A DNA stretch of 64,000 nt, taken from positions 186,001 to 250,000 of the forward strand of contig JAPETS010000033.1 of assembly GCA_026023565.1 (NCBI GenBank), written 5' to 3'. Shown here piece after piece: positions 37,552 to 51,684 of this stretch. The notes under the pieces were generated by a model. The model searched no databases. It was not told the origin of the DNA and saw only the letters and a list, made by a program, of their open reading frames with translations. This DNA is from Cirrosporium novae-zelandiae (lineage: Eukaryota). The stretch's first letter is position 1; the number at the start of each line of letters is the position of its first letter. The translations under genes were made by a program, and so were the position numbers.

Positions 37552-38884
37552 GCTGATGTTGAAGATCGTTGATGGATAGTCATGGATCGACTGCACACGA
37601 CAAAACATCTCCTGAGCAGAAGTACAAAATTACAACGACCCCTCTTTTGCAGCCTAGGAGCGTCTACGAACCCAAGAGCATGGAACGGTTCTACCTATGA
37701 TATTTATCTATATACTTGCTTAGCTAGTTCTCTGCTTTCATAGAACAGCGGATCTTTGATTCCACAACAACATCAAAAGTACTCCAAGATGTTTTTTCGT
37801 CGACCATATATATATAAAGGCTAGCCAGCCATTAGTGATTCAACAGTCCCGAATCGTTTATCTATTATAATCAGGTCGCGATGGATTAATTATCACTTAT
37901 AAGTACTGCCTGAGGCAGCGAACCTCTAGTGCCAAGTCTTCAGGCTTGAAAGCCGATAACCTTAATCACGATCTGCTCAAGTGCCACGATGCCCTCATCT
38001 CGACATGAATTCTTCAGTCTACTCTATAAAACAAGCATGATAAGTAACCAAGCTAAACGATGGAATATACATACTCGAGTACATTATTATGCAGTTACAA
38101 TGCTTTGCTTGTGACTAGCTTCTGATACTACTTAACCCAAGTAAAGTAAGTTAGCCTTCCATCTCCTGGCCACCGCTTTAACCATGGCCAAAGTCAACTC
38201 CGCAAGCCGGATGAATCTGCAATAAGCCGAATGGTCTCTTCGTTGGTCTGTTCGTACACCGTCTGTGTATCCATCTAGACTGAGATATTCAACCAATCTC
38301 GCCCAGTTCGCCCAGCCCATCTCACAACCGGACAAGGACGGACTTGTTACCAAATCCCAAGATGGGGCATCTCCCCGTGCTTAACTTTAACTTTTTACCT
38401 TTTGGTTTTTTTCTTCAGAACCTTTGGCCCTGGTCCACGGCCAACGTGTCAACCAAACAGCCATTTCATCACATCGCATTGCATTGCATCATGTCATGAC
38501 CTGATACATTACACAAGGTGGCTAAGTATAGAGCAATTACCTGATACACTCACAATTTTCATCTAGACCTTTGATTTATCATTTAACTAGCTTTCCATAC
38601 ATAATTTATACATTTAATACACGGGAGTACATGACATGATAGGTATATAATTAATTCCCCTCCGCTATCCACCACCGACCCATCCCTTCTCCTCTTTTAC
38701 CTGTGCTGCTGTTCCACTCCTCTCTTATTTGCAATAAAATATAAAACATATATATAAATCAACAATCAGCATACGTCATCCGAACGGAATTGAACAGTGT
38801 TATCGAGTCGCCCCTCTATCTATTATAACCCAGCCATACTATATACCACTACCTGAAAAGGAAAAGAGAAGAAAATAAACAATC

Positions 38885-39647
38885 ATGGCTTCAGCAACTA
38901 CATTTTTCGATTTTACTCCCAAAGATAGTACGTCATAATCATTATTTTGCGGCTTGTGCCTTTTCATCCGATGTTTAATATTCACATTTCCTAATCATTA
39001 CCCGATATCATCCCATCCGATACTATGCTATCCCATCCATATTCCCCTCTTACCAAACCCCCTAACTAACTAACCCCCTTCTCCACCCCACAGAAAAAGG
39101 CACCGACTACCCCCTCTCCCAACACAAAGGCAAAGTAATCCTCGTCGTAAACACCGCTTCCAAATGCGGCTTCACCCCCCAACTCAAACAATTCCAAGAC
39201 GAAGTCTACTCCCCCCTCCAAAAATCCTACCCCAACAAATTCGTAATCCTCGGCTTCCCCTGCAACCAATTCGGCCACCAGGACCCCGGCTCCAATGACG
39301 AAATCCAAGAATTTTGCCTCGTCAACAACGGCGTCTCCTTTCCCATCCTAGGAAAAACAGACGTCAACGGAAACAAATCCGAACCCGTGTACGAGTGGAT
39401 GAAAAAAGAAAAACCTGGGTTCTTTGGCCTCAAGAGGATTAAGTGGAATTTTGAAAAGTTTTTGATTGACCCGCAGGGCAAGGTTGTGGGTAGGTGGGCT
39501 AGCTTGACGACCCCGGAGACGCTGAAGCCGATTATTGAGGAGGAGTTGAAGAAGGCGGGGTTTGTGCCTTTGCCAGAATCGCCGACGAAGACGGAGGCTG
39601 CTGCTCCCAAGCCGGCGCCGTCGAAGGGGGATGCGGCCGCGGCTTAG
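38885..39647 (+). CDS. HYR1: Glutathione peroxidase-like thiol peroxidase (Cys-type, Hyr1/Gpx3)
   Basis: MASATTFFDF, intron ~38928-39093, then KGKVILVVNTASKCGFTPQ, LGFPCNQFG and IKWNFEKFLID. Confidence 0.93.
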
Positions 39648-40042
39648 ATAATGGTTTCAGTGCCCCGATCAATATGCACCATGAGTGGAAGGAGTGGTAA
39701 GGAGTGAGGGGAGGGAAGGAGAGAAGGAGGTCGCTGCCTGATTGAACCGTGGTCAACTAGCCAGTGAAGAGGAGGAGGAAGGAAGAATTTCACCAGAGGG
39801 TGAGTGATTGACGTGCTATGATAAGACCTGAGATGTTTTATGGCGAAAAAGAAGGATTGTTGTAGTTTTGTGGTGGTACACAAAACCGTCTTGTCTTGTC
39901 TATCTATCTGTCCTTTTCATTGATACCAAAGGGAATGTTTCATATTTTGCAAACACATATTTTATGCTATGCGATCTATCTTATCTTAATCCATATATTA
40001 GTGTGATAATAATTAAAAAAAACAAAGCGTCGTCTTCATAAT

Positions 40043-43000
40043 CTAAAGTTTCTCCGGGGGTATTTCATATATAGATTCGGTACCATCATCATCATCATCA
40101 TCACCATCACTGATGTAACCCGCACTCCCACTCCCACTCCCATCTTGTTCTTGAACACCCAACCCACAATGTCTCAAAGCCCTCTCCCACAAATCCCCCA
40201 CCCCCAACCTCCTTGCCATTTCCCCCAACCTCATCTCCACCTTCCCCTGCGGAAAATTAGTCCAATCCCCATGATCGCACGCCTGATACTCCAAATACTC
40301 TCTCCCCCTCCTCACCGAATCCCTATCACAAAGACAACCCTTTCCCCAAGGATCCTCACCCCCAAACCGAATCAACAGCGCTAAAATCTGGGGCAAGGCT
40401 TTTCGGATCCCGGATACGCATTCGGCGTAGCAGGAGGGGTTTGATTGGAATTCGGAGATGAGTTTGGAGGCGACGCGGAGGGTCATGGAGAGGATTGGTT
40501 CGCCGGTCCAGTGGAGGTCGGTGGTTGTGGAGCTGTTGTCGCCGAGGGCGAGGATGCGTCGGAGGCAGGGGATGTCGACGTCGAGGAGGCGGTGGATGTC
40601 CGGGATGATTGCGGTGGGCGAGCTCATGTTGAAGACGTAGCTTGATGGTTTTCGGAGACGGAGCATGTCGCGCACGATTGAGTGCAGCAGGGGTTGCTCG
40701 GCGCCCATGACATTCCAGTCGATGGTCCATTCGTCCTGTGTGCTTAGGTAGTGCACCACGAGGCCCCAGTAGCCGTCGTCGAGTTCTAGGGTTGAGAGTG
40801 CGCTTTGGCTTTTGGAGTCGACGAAGAGTGGGTCACTTTCTGCGCTACGGAACATGGTTGAGAGGAGGTTTTGGCAGACTTCGGCGGATGTGTCCGAGGG
40901 TTTTATGGTTATTAGACGGAGCCAACGGTCTAGGAAGCGTTGGACTGGGGATCTGTGGGTTGGGTTGGGAGGAATCGGTTAGGTATTTTTTTTTTTTTTA
41001 TTTGGGGAGAGAGGATTGACTTAGGGAAGGAAATACGGGATTCGTACTCTTTGGACTCTGTTACCTCCTCCATGGAGTCTACTCCGCTGCCGATGAGGTA
41101 TTGAGCGGTTCGCCATTTGCCCTCAGCGTTGTCATAGGGAGCCACGCCTCCTATATCCTAGGATTGATTAGAATTCAGACCGAAGCAGCTTGACCAAGTG
41201 ATGCATCTTACTTGAAACTCCAAACACGCATGTGCCAGGTTCTCTCCGTTTGCGGTTCGGTCATATATGCTCGCCTGGCCGGAGTTCAGTAGCTGTCGCA
41301 CGCAGGCGAGATCGCCTCTCAAGCACGCGTCCCATATGGGTGCGGAGTTTGGCACGATCCGAACCGGTTCGACAAACAGGTTGAAAGACGGATTATGGAC
41401 AGTGTATGCCAGCCAGCTTAGTTTTGATAAGGATATCCAGCTCATTACCCAAGGTGCCGGGGCAAGGGATATGAATATTTCTTTGTAGCATCTGAAATTG
41501 GTCTTTTCGTGGGTGATGAGATCCTCTTCAAACGACGTCGCGGTTGTCGTCCGATAAGTGATTCTTCCGAACCATGCCGAGTATCGCTGGATGGCACCCA
41601 CCTCGCGTATCAAGCGCTTTGTAAAGCCCATTGGAAAGTGTCGATATGCATCCAGAAGATCCTCGGGCGTGCTAAGATCTATGGATTGGATTTCCTTTTC
41701 GCTTGGTTCATTTCCCATGGTTGACCCCAGATCATCAGGCTGTGGTAGACAATCCGGTTCTTCTCCATAATCGACTGAGACTGAATCAGGTAGTTCCTGG
41801 ACTGTCTCTGGTGGCTTCATCTCTTCCCGTACAATTGAACAAATATGCTCTTTGAAACTTGGCAACATCTTTGCAACAAGCTGGTCCGCAAATCCAGGTC
41901 CGAAAAGAGACTGTAGGAGATCCTTCGACTCATTTGTAACATCTTGAACTTGTCCAAGCCGGCCATCCATTTCCCGGATAATTGTTGTTGTAGCAACGTT
42001 CTGCTGGAAACTCTGCTCGGTGGCTATTGATAGTTAGTAAATTAACTGATGCTCATAAATATTATTAGATTTGACATGGTCAAAACCATTAACCTATCAC
42101 ATGTGGAAGTTGGCTACGGGCCCATGTCTGCTTGATTGGCTGTGGCTCAATCTTACGGGTGTAATGTAAAATTCAGCTTGTGATACAACAAAACTACAAC
42201 AAGCCAAACGACATCCTCACACACATTATAAAATTTCAAGGCCATATCAAAGATAGGAAATAAGGAGTGGAAGAAGCACTAGAAAATAAAAAAAAAACAC
42301 TCACTCAGGCTAACTTGTTTCATCTCCGACTCAATGGTCTTAATATCACGCTGAATATATGAATTCGAGATACTGTTTCTTACATTAGCCTATCATAACC
42401 GATAGATATATATTGGGTGTAGAGGCGTAAGGCTGAAGGACAGTAGCAAGATGTGTGGCGGGAACCTTATAACGGTAGTCTAAACCATACGCAGCTCAGG
42501 GTGGTCCCCAGTTCTGATGGCCTCTATCATGTCCATTAAAGGTAAAATCCAAACCACGAGTCTTAGGATCAATCTTCACAACTGTAGTCCCTACTCCCTA
42601 TATCCTTACCCAAATAATGTAGATTGAGCCTGTTCAACCAGATTCCTCGCTCGCTGGAACCCACTTAATTCCTTTTCTATCTTCAACGCATTGTAGGCTG
42701 CTTTGAATTGTACCAACATCTTACCCCGTCCATGGTGCTTGATACCAAACTTGTCGATCAAACTTTGTAGCAATCTTATCCGCTCATCGTACAACCGTAG
42801 CCCCGAAAGTAATGTATCTATAGCAAACGCATCTCGACCTTGATTTGCAAGATCTTCTGATTTTGCATATTTTGCAATATTCTGAACAGTGGCGTGGGAG
42901 ATGATGATTTCATCCCTTAGCAGCCTGATATCTCGGGGCCAGTCGAGAGCATCGTCAAAGAAGCTTTGCAGAGAAGTAAGTCCTTCGAGGCACTGCCCTG

Positions 43001-43049
43001 CTAGAGAAACAACAGCAAAGACGCTACTTGCAGCGGCAAGAGCCTCCAT
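40043..43049 (-). CDS. Protein with fungal HeLo-like/STAND-associated N-terminal domain and a degenerate ankyrin-like middle region (5 exons)
   Basis: MEALAAASSVFAVVSLAGQC..P.DIRLL..E N-terminus and IVPNSAPIWDACLRGDLACVRQLLNSGQASIYD. Exons splice in frame via introns ~42373-42609, ~42023-42305, ~41158-41212 and ~40953-41047. Confidence 0.7.
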
Positions 43050-44455
43050 TTGGGGTATATAACTATTATAGCAATAAAATGATAGGCAATGAATAAACAA
43101 GTCAAAGAAGAATTAACTTTACGAGGGACTAAACGACAACAACTTTGCAAATAGCTTATACAAAGGATTTATGAGAAGACATGGAATTCAAAAGAAAGGA
43201 CTTGAATGAATTAAAAGCTCTATAGGCAATGCAGCGCCGTTTGAGGCGAAGCATTTTTACATGGGTTCTGTAACCGCCGTGGACGCCTCACCAGCGAGGT
43301 CCCATAGCCAACGGTTATAAGCAAGGAGCATGCTATGATCCAATCAGTAGAAGGCGCCAAGATCACAGAGGAAACAAGCAAGCATCAGAAAGCAGTGCCG
43401 CAACAGATACTCCACTCAAGAAGTTAGGCAGCATTGACCTGTCGAGAGATTTCTAGGAAATGATTTCAGATTCAGCCTGGGCGCAATAGTAAGCCTCTCA
43501 TCTAATGAACAACACATATTCAAGCGATGATAACAGAATATAGAAAGAAGCTGAAGCTGTAGCAAGGGCAAAGTTGTAGAATAAGCGAAGGCCACTCGGG
43601 CGCGCAATGCCGAAGTACCGAGGTACCTAACCGGGCCACTGACACAAAGTGATTCCTCAATCCTCAGGCATCAATCAAGGCCTACCAAAAGCCAACGAAA
43701 GACCTACGACAGACCAAGCGAAAACATGGCACATGCTTAGGTGAGTATAACGACAACGACAAGGAAAACGAAAACGACTCGCATATAACAATACTTAAAA
43801 TTCAAAGGATGCAAAGATTTCAAAGCATCATTCCACCAACTCGCGTGCCTAAGGTGTCGACGCCGGACGAGTTTTCGGATGATGATCCGTTTTAGCTGTA
43901 AGTTTAACATCCACTGTCTCCACTACTTATGTTCACCATGCCTATAATAACACAATCTCCTACGACTGTTCCTGAAAATTGATTCTTCCTTCTGCTTAGA
44001 AATTCAATCTATCATCGTAGGAAACGGCTCAACATCAATCCCCGCGACACCCCAGCTGAGCCCTGCACCATGATCAAGATATACAAACGGTGGAACTTCA
44101 CTCCGTCGATCACTATTCTTCCAGTTGAATCACAATTGTTGCTCCGTATCCCAAGAGTGATAGGCTATGACTCTTAGATATCGGCGGACGAATTTCTGGT
44201 CGTAATAAATTTTAGTCCAAGTCATACGAAAAATATAGGAACAAGAGTCAATACTTACCCTGTTATTTACCGTAGACTAGTAAGGTGGGTCTGGATAACG
44301 CTATAAATTCGTTTTCACATGTATATATATATCTCTGTCCTTTCTCAGTTTCTTCTATCAAAATCTCAATTGGAATCATAACATTTTTTCTTACCCTACA
44401 ATTGACTGTTCCAACACCTTGACCAAGATTCATAAAGACACCAGAAGCAACAATC

Positions 44456-45808
44456 ATGGGATCCATCCAACAACCCACACGCTATCCTGCTGAGCATGTG
44501 GATCCTTCACCACTAAGCAAACCTCTCAAATTCCACTTCTCAGGCAGGTCAGCACCAAATCGCTTCCTCAAAGGAGCCATGTCGGAGCGTCTCGCCTCCT
44601 GGCATCCCACAAACCTTGAAGCCCGTGGTATCCCCTCACAAAACCTCGTAAACCTCTACAGACATTGGGGCGAGGGTGAAACCGGTCTCCTCCTAAGTGG
44701 AAACATCATGATTGAATACGACCACCTAGAATCTCCAGGAAACATGATCATCCCACGGGATGCACCCTTCTCGGGGCCCCGCTTCGACAGTTTTAAAGCC
44801 GTTGCCCAGGCAGGAAAATCCCACGGTTCCTTGATGATTGGCCAGGTCTCTCACCCAGGTCGACAAGTAACCGACAACGTTCAAAAGAATCCCATCTCTG
44901 CCTCGGACATCCAGCTCCTGAAAGGTTTCCCTGGCATGAGTTACGCAAAGCCTCACGCCGCCACCCAAGAAGAAATCAACAACGTAGTCGACGGCTTCGC
45001 ACATGCAGCCGAATTTCTCCAAAAGGCTGGCTTTGACGGGATCGAACTTCACGGCGCCCACGGGTACCTGCTCTCCCAGTTCCTCTCCCAAACAACGAAT
45101 CTACGCAAGGACGCCTACGGCGGCAGTCTAGAAAACCGAACTAGGATAATCGTTGAAATCGCCGCAGAAATCCATAAGCGCGTCCCCAAAGACTTTATCC
45201 TGAGCATCAAACTCAACAGCGTCGAATTCCAAGACAAGGGCCTCACGACCGAGGAAGCCAAAGCCGTAGGCTCCATCCTAAACCAACACGGCTTCGATTT
45301 CATCGAGCTATCTGGCGGGACATATGAATCCTTCGGCTTCAAACACGTCAAAGAATCAACCGTCGCCCGCGAAGCATTCTTCATTGAATTTGCCGAACTC
45401 ATCGCCCCGGCCCTTGACAACACCAAGTCTTACCTAACCGGCGGCTTCCACACTACTCCCGCCATGCTATCCGCTCTAAAAACCGTCGACGGCATCGGTC
45501 TCGGCCGCCCCCTCTGCCAGGAACCCGACCTCTCCGCAAAGCTGCTCTCCGGCGCCGTCAACGCCTCCATCCATCCCGTAGAACCATTAGCTTCTGACAT
45601 GATGTACGGGACCCCCTTGGGCGGCGCTCAGATCCGCGAGATATCCGAGGATTTGATGCCGCTTGATGTGAGCGTGCCGGCCAACGCGGCTGCTTTCATC
45701 GAGGATCTGAAGAAATCTATAGAGGTTAAGGCCAAGGATAAGGAGGGCGTGATTTATAAATTCCCGAAGATGAGCATCGAGGAGACGTCGTATCCGGTTA
45801 GCCTGTAG
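44456..45808 (+). CDS. NADH:flavin oxidoreductase (Old Yellow Enzyme family)
   Basis: NRFLKGAMSE, QVSHPGRQ, AGFDGIELHGAHGYLLSQFLS, DAYGGSLENR. Confidence 0.93.
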   Translation: MGSIQQPTRYPAEHVDPSPLSKPLKFHFSGRSAPNRFLKGAMSERLASWHPTNLEARGIPSQNLVNLYRHWGEGETGLLLSGNIMIEYDHLESPGNMIIPRDAPFSGPRFDSFKAVAQAGKSHGSLMIGQVSHPGRQVTDNVQKNPISASDIQLLKGFPGMSYAKPHAATQEEINNVVDGFAHAAEFLQKAGFDGIELHGAHGYLLSQFLSQTTNLRKDAYGGSLENRTRIIVEIAAEIHKRVPKDFILSIKLNSVEFQDKGLTTEEAKAVGSILNQHGFDFIELSGGTYESFGFKHVKESTVAREAFFIEFAELIAPALDNTKSYLTGGFHTTPAMLSALKTVDGIGLGRPLCQEPDLSAKLLSGAVNASIHPVEPLASDMMYGTPLGGAQIREISEDLMPLDVSVPANAAAFIEDLKKSIEVKAKDKEGVIYKFPKMSIEETSYPVSL

Positions 45809-47452
45809 AGTTTTTTTTTTTGGAACTGGCTTAGGCAGGTGATGACGGGAAATTGATGGGGGATATCTTTCTCTCCTTTCCCTTCACTTTCACTCTTTTC
45901 CCCCATATATACCATATATACCAGAGAACCAAGCAACCAAAAAAATCAAAGAATCACAAAAAAAATAAAACCGTTCATGGACTCCCTCTCTCATCCTCCA
46001 TTCCACCATTCACGCATTTAAATAAAGGAAGGGTGGTAACGTCATAAACCCAACTAACAAGCGCGGGAGGGGAAGGAACACAGGAGCAGGGGAGAGGGGA
46101 GCGGAATAGGGGGGGAATGCAATTACATCTAGGGTTATTATATATATATCCAAATATATAAATAACTAATGACATATCCATATCCATACTCATATCCATG
46201 AACTAGAAATAGACCTAAATCCCAAACGACCAAGTGACCAGCTAATAAAAAATAAATAGGGAAATAAGAAATAAGAAGAAAGGGGGGAGAATATAGTCAC
46301 GGTGGTGGTCACGATACGTAGTCTATAGTGTCGGATGGATAACCTTAAATACCAGGTTTGGGTTCTACTGTATCCCCAAGAGCACTAATTACCTATAGTG
46401 ATTGGTCATGATTAATTACTGGTAATTATCGGAGGTTTTCTTATCGCTCTAGGGGCTCTTCTATACAGTAGTTCCACGACCCCACAGCTCCACCACGGCT
46501 CTACAGTAGACTTAAACCAATCTACCTAATTCACTAACCGACTACCCCATACACCGCCCCCATACACTACCCATAATACACATACAATCCACATTACCTA
46601 TCCCCTTAACCCTAAACTCCACACTCCCCTCCTTCTCCTTCTTCTTCTCCATTATTCAAGTCCCCCCCCTCCCCCCAAATTCTTAAACCCAAAATCCTCT
46701 CACAGGGGACAAGGGATTTCAAGATTGAAGATTCAAGAGATCGAGAGATTGAGGTAAATGTACATGTACGGTACAGTACTTGTATGGTAAGCTTGTACGA
46801 TCTGTGTTCTGTGGTACGGGGCACGGTGGAGGGGTGTAGGGTTACAGGCGTAGGGTATATGGTAATGTAACTAGGGTTATATATATATATATATGTGTGT
46901 ATATATCCTACGTCCGTCCCTAGATTAGTTGGGTAGATAAAAAGTCTGTTGTTTGTTAGCCCCAGGTTTGCCCATATTAACCCTAACCAACTAACCAGTC
47001 ATGAATCATAAACACACAAATCAATAACAATACTTAACCTATCAACCCCATCAACCCATACTCGAGTACAAGCCATAAAATACACCAGCCCCCCCCCTTA
47101 GACTAAGGGTAGAAAATTCTTGACATTATTAGGGGTATTAAATACAGGATGCAAGTAAGTACTAGCCCTAGACCTCAAACTATAACAATTATGAAGATGA
47201 CTTATCCATTTTTATTATTGCATCATATCGTTTTTAGGTTATTGGTAGACATGGCTTCCGGATTGGTTTGTAGCCTTAGACTGCGGGCCCCTTGGCACCT
47301 TCCTTGCGGGCAGATACGCCTTTAACGCGGGGTAGCACGTAGTAGTGGGGGCGAGGGGCTTAAGTCCGATATATAAATTAAAAAAGATTTCAATTTTTTT
47401 TATATATATTATTATTAATAATAATACGGGGAAACCGTATTTACATTGATCT

Positions 47453-50400
47453 TTATATCCCAAATGCTCTTTGCAAAAAGCCTAATAATCCTATTAGATC
47501 ACCCTTTTTAATCCCGTGAGCTTTGAACAGCTTTACCAAATCATGGTGTCCGTTGTCCTGTGCAAGCCAGAGCGGCGTGTGCCCATATTTGTCCTTTAGG
47601 TTAATCCTAGCTCCCACCTTGACCAACAGAGTAGCGACTTCCAAGTTTCCGGCGAGACTGGCAATATGAAGAGGTGTATGCTTGTCCAGGTCTTCTGCAT
47701 TGACATCGGCCCCGTGCGCTAGTAAGGCTTTTACTACGCCTACGTTTCCGCCATGGGCTGCACCGTGCAGTGCAGTATTGTAGCGAGTGTTCTTTGCTCT
47801 CGCATTGGCACCTTTCTCCAGCAGCTTTTCCACTACCTGTGTGTTTCCTACAACGGCAGCCGTGATAAGCGGCGAATTTCTTTCGCGGTCTTCCACATCG
47901 ACGTTAACTCCGTGCTCTAGTAAGGCTTTTACTGCGCCTACGTTTCCGCCATAGGCTGCACCGTGCAGTGCAGTCTTGTAGTGAATGTTCCTTGCTCCCG
48001 CATTGGCACCTTTCTCCAGCAGCTTTTCCACTACCTGTGTGTTTCCTACAGCGGCAGCCGTGATAAGCGGGGAATTTTTTTCCTTGTCTTGAGCATTGAT
48101 ATCGGGGGTATAATTTAGCAGAAGCTCTACCATCTCTAGGGCTTTGGGTTGACGCGCTATGATATGGAGACAAGTTGTGCCGTGAATGTCGGTAATGTTG
48201 ACATTCGCATTATTCTCAATGAGGAGTTTTGTCATTGCTGCATTTTGACGGTTCACTGCGAGTAGTAATGGCACCGTTTGTTTGGGATCGTTGATGTGTT
48301 TGTTAACGTCAAATCCTTTTTTTAGGAGCAGCGAAGCAATCTCGAGTTGGCCAACAACGACTGCTAGATGTAATGCAGTGGCACCGCTGACATCCATTAC
48401 ATTAGAATCGATTTTGCCTCTTAATAATTCTTCCACTGTTTGTGGATGACGGACAGTTACCGCTAGGTGAAGTGCCGTAGCACGGTCATTTGATGTTTGA
48501 CAGAGGTTGACTTGGGCATCTCGTTGGATAAGCAACCTAACAACGTCCTTCCTGCCTTGATTAGCCGCATGATGAAGGGCTGTATTTCCAAGCCACGAAT
48601 CTCGAGTGTCGATGTCAACACCCTTGTCCAATAGCAATCTTACAACTCTCTCGTGTCCTTGGCCAGCAGCAATATGCAAGGGGGCTAGCCTAGCATCATT
48701 ATGTGGAGAAAGATTGATATCTGGATGTTTAAGAAGTACCGCAGCTACTTCCTCGCTTGCCCAAAAGGCAGCCACGTGTAGAGGTGTATTTTTTAAGTTG
48801 TCAAGCGCGTTGACATCAGCGCCTTTCTCCAGTAGAAATTTCGCTGCAGACCGGAAGCCGCGTCGAGCTGCGATGTGCAAGGCGGTCACACTGCTATTCC
48901 CATCATGAACATTGGTGTCGGCGCTTTGATCCACAAGAAGCTGCATAACTGCCTCATTGCCATTCTGAATGGCTAGATGCAGGGGTGTGGAACCCATCGC
49001 TATTGCATTGACATCGAATCCATATTTGAGCAAGTCTTGAGCAATATCAGAACTGCCTTGACGTGCAGCAATATGGAGAGCCTTGGTGTAGGACCCCAGT
49101 GAAGTTTGGCAATCCTCTGTTGGTTCACTCAAGCTTGCCCATCTCCTAAGCCATAATCTTGTGTCAGACTGGTCCTCTCGGGTGACAGCTCGTACAATTC
49201 CATTTCGGATATCTGTAATAGTGATGTTATCTATGTGGACATCGTCTGCACTTAGTAATCAGCTAGTGTTCCGTTCAGAAGGCTTGGTCTAGATCTTTTT
49301 ACCTCGATCTACTGGCTTTGCTTGTGTTAACCCTGCAAGATCAGGGATCGGTATCGTTACTTCCACACTCTCGTCGCACTTTGCACAATAGTATATATAT
49401 CCATCTTCTGGATCGTTGCATTGTTGAATCTTACGAAGTAATTCGATGGCGGTTAGGCGGTCCTCAGGGTTCCGAAGAAGTAGCTCTTTGGTCCACAACC
49501 ACGGAAATTTATCGTGTCTAGATTCAAGCTTCTCCATCCACAAATTGTAAGCATTTTGGTTTTGTCGTGGATTCCGGCCTTTAGACCCAGTACTTTCGAA
49601 GAAATTCTTTCTTTTATCGATAGTTTCCTCTTTCAAGACAGTCTAGGAGAAGGAAATATGTAAGTGTTGCCCCAACAAGAACTTTCAGGAACAGGAGGGA
49701 GAAATACTAGCATGTCCAAAAATATGCATCCCAAGGACCACATGTCTGCAGCTGATCCACGAGGCTGCTCTGCGGCAACCTCGGGTGCCATGTAATTTAT
49801 ACTCCTATCTCCCATCAACCCTTCTGTCTTGCTCTTCGATTTATCGGTCCAGTCGTACGCTAGACCGAAGTCGGTGATATAGACTACGCGGTCCCTGATC
49901 AAAATATTTCCGGGTTTAATATCTTTGTGGCGACAAGCCTGGCGGTGGAGGTATTCAATGCCGGATGTTATGCATCCAAAGAACCGGCGAATACATTGCA
50001 ACTCCATTCGCGAAAAACTCGGTTTATCCAGGTATACTTTCAGGTCACACTGTGCAACCGGTAGCAGAAGAATTCCAAAATACTGTGGATCTGTATACGA
50101 GCTAAAAGATATTAGCATGGAAACTCTTTGTCAGCTAAAGCTAGACATACCCAATATACTTGACAAGGTGGTGGTGAGATAACCTCTTCAAATTTTGAAA
50201 CTCGTTTCTGAAGGATTCTTCGTCACTCGTAGATCCGTCAAATTTCTTCCTACGTAGGATTGTTTTCCGCTATATGAATTATTAATAGACATCTGAGTAA
50301 ACGACAGGCTCACTAACAGCATAGGTATCATATGACAGGTTGCTTCTCACTTCTTCAACCATGCCAAACCCCCCTCGCCCTAACTCATTGACGATTTGGA

Positions 50401-50825
50401 AGTTCGTATCTGCATTATTTGCTGTGACATGTCAGCGCCAAAAATAATATTATCCCCACCCACGGCTTAATACCTAGATGAGCATGTGAACCTTTCTCCA
50501 TCTTTTCTGCATCAGTTAAAACAAAAGCCTGACTTTTGAGAAAGTTGTGCCTATAAGTTGGGCCTCTAACAAATAATGGTAGTGAGAAGGCGTCGTATGG
50601 AAGCCCGATATCGAATAGGCCTTTTTCAACAAACATGCCCATTAGCTCCTTTTCTTTACCTATCATTCGCAAAACGGAGTAAGTTCTTGGTCGAGCGCTC
50701 CATGAGTTCTTTTCCATCTGGGTCAAGAGATCTCTGATCTTTTCGATATCATTATCGGGAAAGTAAAGTGCTCTCTCTTTCAGGCGAGTGAAGATAAGAG
50801 ACATTTGGTGTTCGAGCCCTTCCAT
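47453..50825 (-). CDS. Ser/Thr protein kinase fused to ~15-16 C-terminal ankyrin repeats
   Basis: LGRGGFG, ARK, HKDIKPGN, DFG, YMAPE and ADMWSLG spread over short exons. Intron 49246-49302 (GTAAAA..CTAAG..CAG) joins the kinase in frame to ankyrin ORF 47453..49132. An upstream exon is possible. Confidence 0.85.
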
Positions 50826-51684
50826 GACTGATGTTTGTTCTAAATCTTATTAGTAGGCTATATGGGAGCAGATCAGCTTGCGTACCGTTCATTGTTATCC
50901 CGGTTCTCGGAACTTTGGACCGGGTTATGGACTTCGTTGTTTGAGCCTGCGGAGTTGAACGCTAGAGGAATTGATATATATAGCTCCAAAATCTTGAAGG
51001 GGCTTCTTTATAGTACATCAGACACGGAAGATATTTTCTCGCGAATTGATCTTCCAACAAACTCTTTGCTAGAAGGGGGGAGTTCAATAGGATTATGAGA
51101 TAATACAGAGTGTGTGTGAATCTCCTGAAGTTACGTAGTTGTGAAGAATGAAAATCTCTCTCCTAATCCCTCAAAAAGACCATTGCAAGTATACTGTATA
51201 AAGAAAAAAAGAAAGCTTAGACACAATTGAATAGATTTAAGAACATTTAGCCGCTTCGGCTTGGGATATAAGTACATAGAAGGCGGGACGGACGCCATGT
51301 AATCTTTTTTGGTTGTAGCCTGATGTGGCTCAATGTAATCATTAAGGCTATGCTTAGTTAATCCTTGAATTATTTAAAAAACCAGAAATTAATGGTGAAA
51401 ATTGACCTCATCGCTACCGTTAGCAAGGGGGGCAGAAGGTTATAGCTTGGCACAGGAGTCTTTTAGGGTCGCATTGGGTATTGATCCCAACTACCTAGGT
51501 ATACGCTCGGCCCTTTAATGCCAACCTACCACATGGTTGAACTTCAATTAGACTATAGAGCGTTGGAAGTGAAGCTGCATGTACTTAACGCCACGATGAC
51601 ACTTCATCATACACCTTAAATGCAGCCTGCATCGCAAATTTGAGATTTAGAATAACTCCTGGTAGTGTTGGCCAAATACGATGT

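Noticed and set aside
38150..38340. C/D snoRNA between translin and the peroxidase
   Set aside because: Box C is degenerate and no convincing terminal stem or guide sequence was identified.
46975..46995. Telomeric repeat
   Set aside because: Fewer than two full CCCTAA units, at an internal position.
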